From an uncultured delta proteobacterium (lineage in GTDB: Bacteria; Desulfobacterota; Binatia; Binatales; Binataceae), in contig CAVRJV010000006.1 of NCBI GenBank assembly GCA_963721485.1, positions 66,847 through 130,846 on the forward strand: a stretch of 64,000 nt of DNA, read 5' to 3'. This document shows, in pieces, positions 60,916 to 64,000 of the stretch; positions within the stretch are counted from its first letter, which is position 1; each line of letters opens with the position of its first letter. A model generated the notes under the pieces. That model searched no databases and was not told where the DNA came from. It was given only the letters and a program-made list of their open reading frames with translations. The position numbers and the translations under genes are program-made.

Positions 60916-62180
60916 TCGGCGAGAATTGTTCCCTTGATGGGCGAGCCGCCCGGCAGCGAGGAGTAGTTGTTGCCGAGCGTCGAGTTGCCGTTGATCGTCA
61001 ATTCGTTCGCCACCACGATGCTGTAGCCGTTGGAGCTGCTGTTGCCGTTGAAGTTAAGTGTCGTCGTTGGGAAGTAGACCGCTCCGTCGAAAGTGGAACT
61101 CGAATTACCGTTTATGGTGCTGGCCGCGCCGCTGGCCGGGATCGAGCGATCCTGAAAGAACAGGATTCCGGCGAGCGAGCCTGTTGTCGGCGCGCTGAAA
61201 TTCGCCTGCGAGTTGCCGTTCATCGAAATTGCCCCGTAGCTGCCGGTCCCCGTGGTGTTGTAGAAGGTGACCCCTGTGCCGGTCATCGTCGAGTTGCCGT
61301 TTATACTCATCCCGCCGCCGGCGAGGACGTAAGTTCCGGCATTGAAGTGGAGCACAGAGTTGCCGTTGACCGAGATGCCGCCGCAATAGGTGCCCGAATA
61401 GAGCTGGTAGGGACTGCCGCTGCTTCCGGTGTTCCCGTTCAGCGAGAAATTTGTGTGCGCGCATGAGCCCACGGTCGGTGCCTGTACGTATGCCAGTGGA
61501 TCCGATGCGGCAATCACCCCCGTCTTCGGCGTTGGCGTAAAGCTCGAGTTGCCGTTGGCCGAATAACCGCCGACGACTCCGATGTTCGGCGCTTTGATCG
61601 ATGAATTGCCGTTGAGCGACAATCCGCTTAACGAGCTCGAGTCCACCAGCAAACCGCAGCTACTGACGACGTTGACGTTGCCGTTGGCAGACATCGCGCC
61701 GGAGGCCGACGGATTCAGCACGTAAATGCAATTCGGGCCGTTGCCTTCGTAGGCGACTGCGCGCGCCGACACCGTCATCGTGCTTACTCCAAGGACGCGA
61801 AGAAAATACGTAGGTACCGGCTTGCTGACGATCGCCTCGACATAGGCGGTGTTTGAGATGTTCGGTCCCGTACTCGGAGGATTGTTCACCGACACGGTCA
61901 CGCTGCCGGCGCCGTCGGTGTAGCCGTTGGTGGCGGCGTCCGCTTTTCCGGCGGCCACTTGATCGCCGTAAGCCAACTCCTCGGACGCAGCCATCGCCGC
62001 GCTGTCGGCCGCGGTCTGCATCATGTTGCGCTGATCCTGCATGAAGCTGAAATCGGTCACGACGGCGATCATGCCCATGATGGCGATCAGCGAGACGCAG
62101 ACGAGCACGATCACCTGGCCACTAGCGCGCGCCGATAAATTGACGATCACGTTCGCAGCTCTCATCCTCAAACTATTCAC
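60912..62180 (-). CDS. TadG-like (Tad_N) putative pilus tip/assembly protein with ten NGN(S/T/V) repeats
   Basis: 422 aa. The N-terminus GQVIVLVCVSLIAIMGMIAVVTDFSFMQDQRNMMQTAADSAAMAA is Tad_N-like. The body carries repeated xNGNSxxxF/L units (for example SLNGNSSIKAP, SVNGNSVLHFNAGTYVL, TINGNSTLGNN), which suggests a beta-solenoid. Confidence 0.75.
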   Translation of the reverse strand: MNSLRMRAANVIVNLSARASGQVIVLVCVSLIAIMGMIAVVTDFSFMQDQRNMMQTAADSAAMAASEELAYGDQVAAGKADAATNGYTDGAGSVTVSVNNPPSTGPNISNTAYVEAIVSKPVPTYFLRVLGVSTMTVSARAVAYEGNGPNCIYVLNPSASGAMSANGNVNVVSSCGLLVDSSSLSGLSLNGNSSIKAPNIGVVGGYSANGNSSFTPTPKTGVIAASDPLAYVQAPTVGSCAHTNFSLNGNTGSSGSPYQLYSGTYCGGISVNGNSVLHFNAGTYVLAGGGMSINGNSTMTGTGVTFYNTTGTGSYGAISMNGNSQANFSAPTTGSLAGILFFQDRSIPASGAASTINGNSSSTFDGAVYFPTTTLNFNGNSSSNGYSIVVANELTINGNSTLGNNYSSLPGGSPIKGTILAE

Positions 62181-62401
62181 CCCAACGTACAGAGCACCGC
62201 CCGTGCCATTGGATTAGGCGCGTAGTTCCGCGCGGCGGCGGGCAAAAAATGGCCCGATATGAGACTCGTAGCGACCGAAGCTGGGGCGTTTGAAGGAACG
62301 AAGGGATTGCCGTGCAGGCGGCGCGGCGGACATCTGCGCCTTATTTTGTCCCCCACCCTAACCCTCCCCCCTCGAACGGGGGAGGGAATCAGACGGGCAT
62401 T

Positions 62402-63472
62402 CTAGACGATGCGCTTTTGGCCGTGCTTGAACCCGCCTTGCTCGCCGATGGCTTCGTTGCCGCGCTCGGGCTCTATCCGTTGGACCTCACGCTCGCGTTG
62501 TGGGTCGCGCTCGCGGTCGCGACGACGGCCGCCCCGTGGCGGTCCATCCCCCCTTTGATCGCGACGACCACTCGTGTCGGTCGGGACTATCTCGATCGAG
62601 CGCATCAGGCCTTCGCCGGCCGAGCGGGTGGTGATCATCGGATCGTCCTTGAGCGCGAGATGCACGATGCGGCGGTCGCGCGGCGGCATCGGCTCAAGCC
62701 TCACCGGCTTGTGCTCGCGCTTGGCCTTCTCGCCCATCGAGAGCGCCATCCGATGCAATTGCTGGCGGCGGCGCGCGCGATACGATTCGGTCTCGAGTGA
62801 GATCGGCGCCGCATCTTTGATTCGGCGCGCGAGGATGCGATTGACGATGTATTCGAGCGCGTCGAGCGTTTGGCCGTGGCGTCCGATGAGGATGCCCGAG
62901 CCGTCGCCCTTGATTTCCAGCTCGAGCGTCTCGGCGTCGACTTCTATCTGCGCGGACTTCCGTCTGCTCGCCCATCTGCTCGAGGATCTGCTTGAGGATA
63001 CCGATCGCCTCGCGGCGCTGCTCCTCGACGTCGACGCTCTTGCGGCCGGGCGCACTGCTGTCGTCGTCATCTGCGGCGCCGCTTGATTCTGCCGCGGCGG
63101 ATTAAGGCTGCGTTTGCGCGGCCGCCGCCGCGCCCGCGCCGCGGATTGTCGCGTTGCGGCCGCGCCGTTGGTTTTGAGGCTGTGAGTCTGTCGCGCGACG
63201 TTCCGGCGCGCGCGAGCGACATTGCGTTGCGGCGCGAGTTGCCGCGGGCGGCGCGACGTTGCGCGCTGCCTCCGGCGCGCTTCTTGCGGCGCTCTTGCGC
63301 GTCACGCGCACCCGCGCATCGCGCGCGCCCAGTCCGAGCACGCCCGCGCGCGGCGTGGCGAGGACTTCGACTGACGACCTCGTCCTCGCGCGCGCCGAGT
63401 TGTTCCAGCGCTTCGGTGACTGCCTCATTCGACCGAGATGCCGGTGATTTCTATTGAGTCCATCTTGCTCAT
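62402..63472 (-). pseudogene. jag: Jag/KhpB RNA-binding protein (Jag_N-KH-R3H), frameshifts in the N-terminal half as assembled
   Basis: Track ORF 62402..63070 holds the KH and R3H domains (LELEIKGDGSGILIGRHGQTLDALEYIVNRIL; PMPPRDRRIVHLALKDDPMITTRSAGEG). Jag_N (MSKMDSIEITGISVE..EAVTEALEQLGAREDEV..VEVLATPRAGVLGLG) is readable across frames from the ATG at 63472, which overlaps the yidC stop (ATGA). Confidence 0.75.
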
Positions 63473-64000
63473 GTAGCCGGGGTGTACTGTTTGAATTCGC
63501 GATTAAGAAAGTATTGCTGGATCACGCCCAGCAGGTTGGAAGAAAAATAGTACAAAGCGAGCCCCGCCGGAAAGTTAATAAACATGATCGTAAAGATGAG
63601 TGGCGTCAGCATCATCATGCGCTGCTGATTCGGGTCGGGCTGGGTCGGCGTCATGTACTGCTGCAGAAACTGGTCACGCCCATCAGCAGCACCAGCACCG
63701 GCAGGCCGTGGCAATGCATCAGCGGCAGTTGCGGCAGGCCCGGCACGTGCAGGCAGTCGGGCGCCGACAGGTCGTTGATCCAGCCGACGAACGGCGCGTG
63801 GCGCAGCTCGATCGAGTTCTGCAGCGCCTCGTACAGCCCGATAAAAATCGGCAACTGGATCGCCATCGGCGCGCATCCGCCGAGCGGATTGACGTGATTG
63901 CGCTTGTAGAGATCGACCATCTCTTTCTGCAGCTGCTCGTTGTCGTCCTTGTGCTTCTCGCGCAGGCGCTCGAATCTGCGGCTGCAGGCGCTGCATCCGC
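63469..64000 (-). pseudogene. yidC: Membrane protein insertase YidC, C-terminal part (continues past the window end), frameshift as assembled
   Basis: Track ORFs are 63651..63920 (MVDLYKRNHVNPLGGCAPMAIQLPIFIGLYEAL...RHAPFVGWINDLSAPD) and 63469..63996 (QQRMMMLTPLIFTIMFINFPAGLALYYFSSNLLGVIQQYFL). Confidence 0.8.

Overview
GC-rich bacterial chromosomal segment of about 65 genes. There is no rRNA, CRISPR array, prophage or biosynthetic cluster. I give no taxonomic assignment.

Gene content:
- Housekeeping and metabolism: beta-carbonic anhydrase, thiolase, P450, FumC, AckA, methylcrotonyl-CoA carboxylase beta subunit, nitronate monooxygenase (NMO), luciferase-like monooxygenase (LLM), aldo/keto reductase (AKR) and SDR oxidoreductases.
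- DNA repair: AddAB-type helicase-nuclease pair and MutS2.
- Signalling: a sensor block with a CHASE3 hybrid kinase, a receiver and a MEDS-PAS hybrid kinase, plus a sigma-54 activator with a second receiver.
- Stress: two clusters of very small stress or membrane proteins (DUF1328, YqjE-like, DUF883-like, DUF6496, DUF3309, CsbD, BON).
- Transport and surface: an MscS-type channel, a NitT/TauT-type ABC transporter, a prokaryotic pentameric ligand-gated ion channel, and an orphan TadE/TadE/TadG module.
- The jag-yidC pair lies at the right edge.

Mobile and repeat content:
- One intact IS481-family element and one intact IS5-family element. Both are inserted into the same copy of a REP-like palindromic element.
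- A 90-nt IS481 end remnant.
- A 2.5-kb integrase-less islet bracketed by a 33-nt duplication of the tRNA-Ser(GGA) 3' end.
- Three families of short structured intergenic repeats.

Most notable observations:
1. A thioredoxin-fold gene has a single in-frame TGA at the redox-Cys position, followed by a SECIS-like hairpin. It is a candidate selenoprotein.
2. The tRNA-Ser islet carries only a GHKL/MORC-like ATPase and a small Mrr_N-like winged-helix protein. This is a candidate two-gene conflict module, and the claim rests on context only.
3. A diverged duplicate of the ferredoxin 3' coding end flanks a lower-GC cargo gene.

Major caveat: at least 20 genes, including yidC, fumC, mutS2 and addAB, are broken by frameshifts as assembled. 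This most likely reflects indel errors in the assembly rather than biology. Every 'pseudogene' call below means 'interrupted as assembled'.
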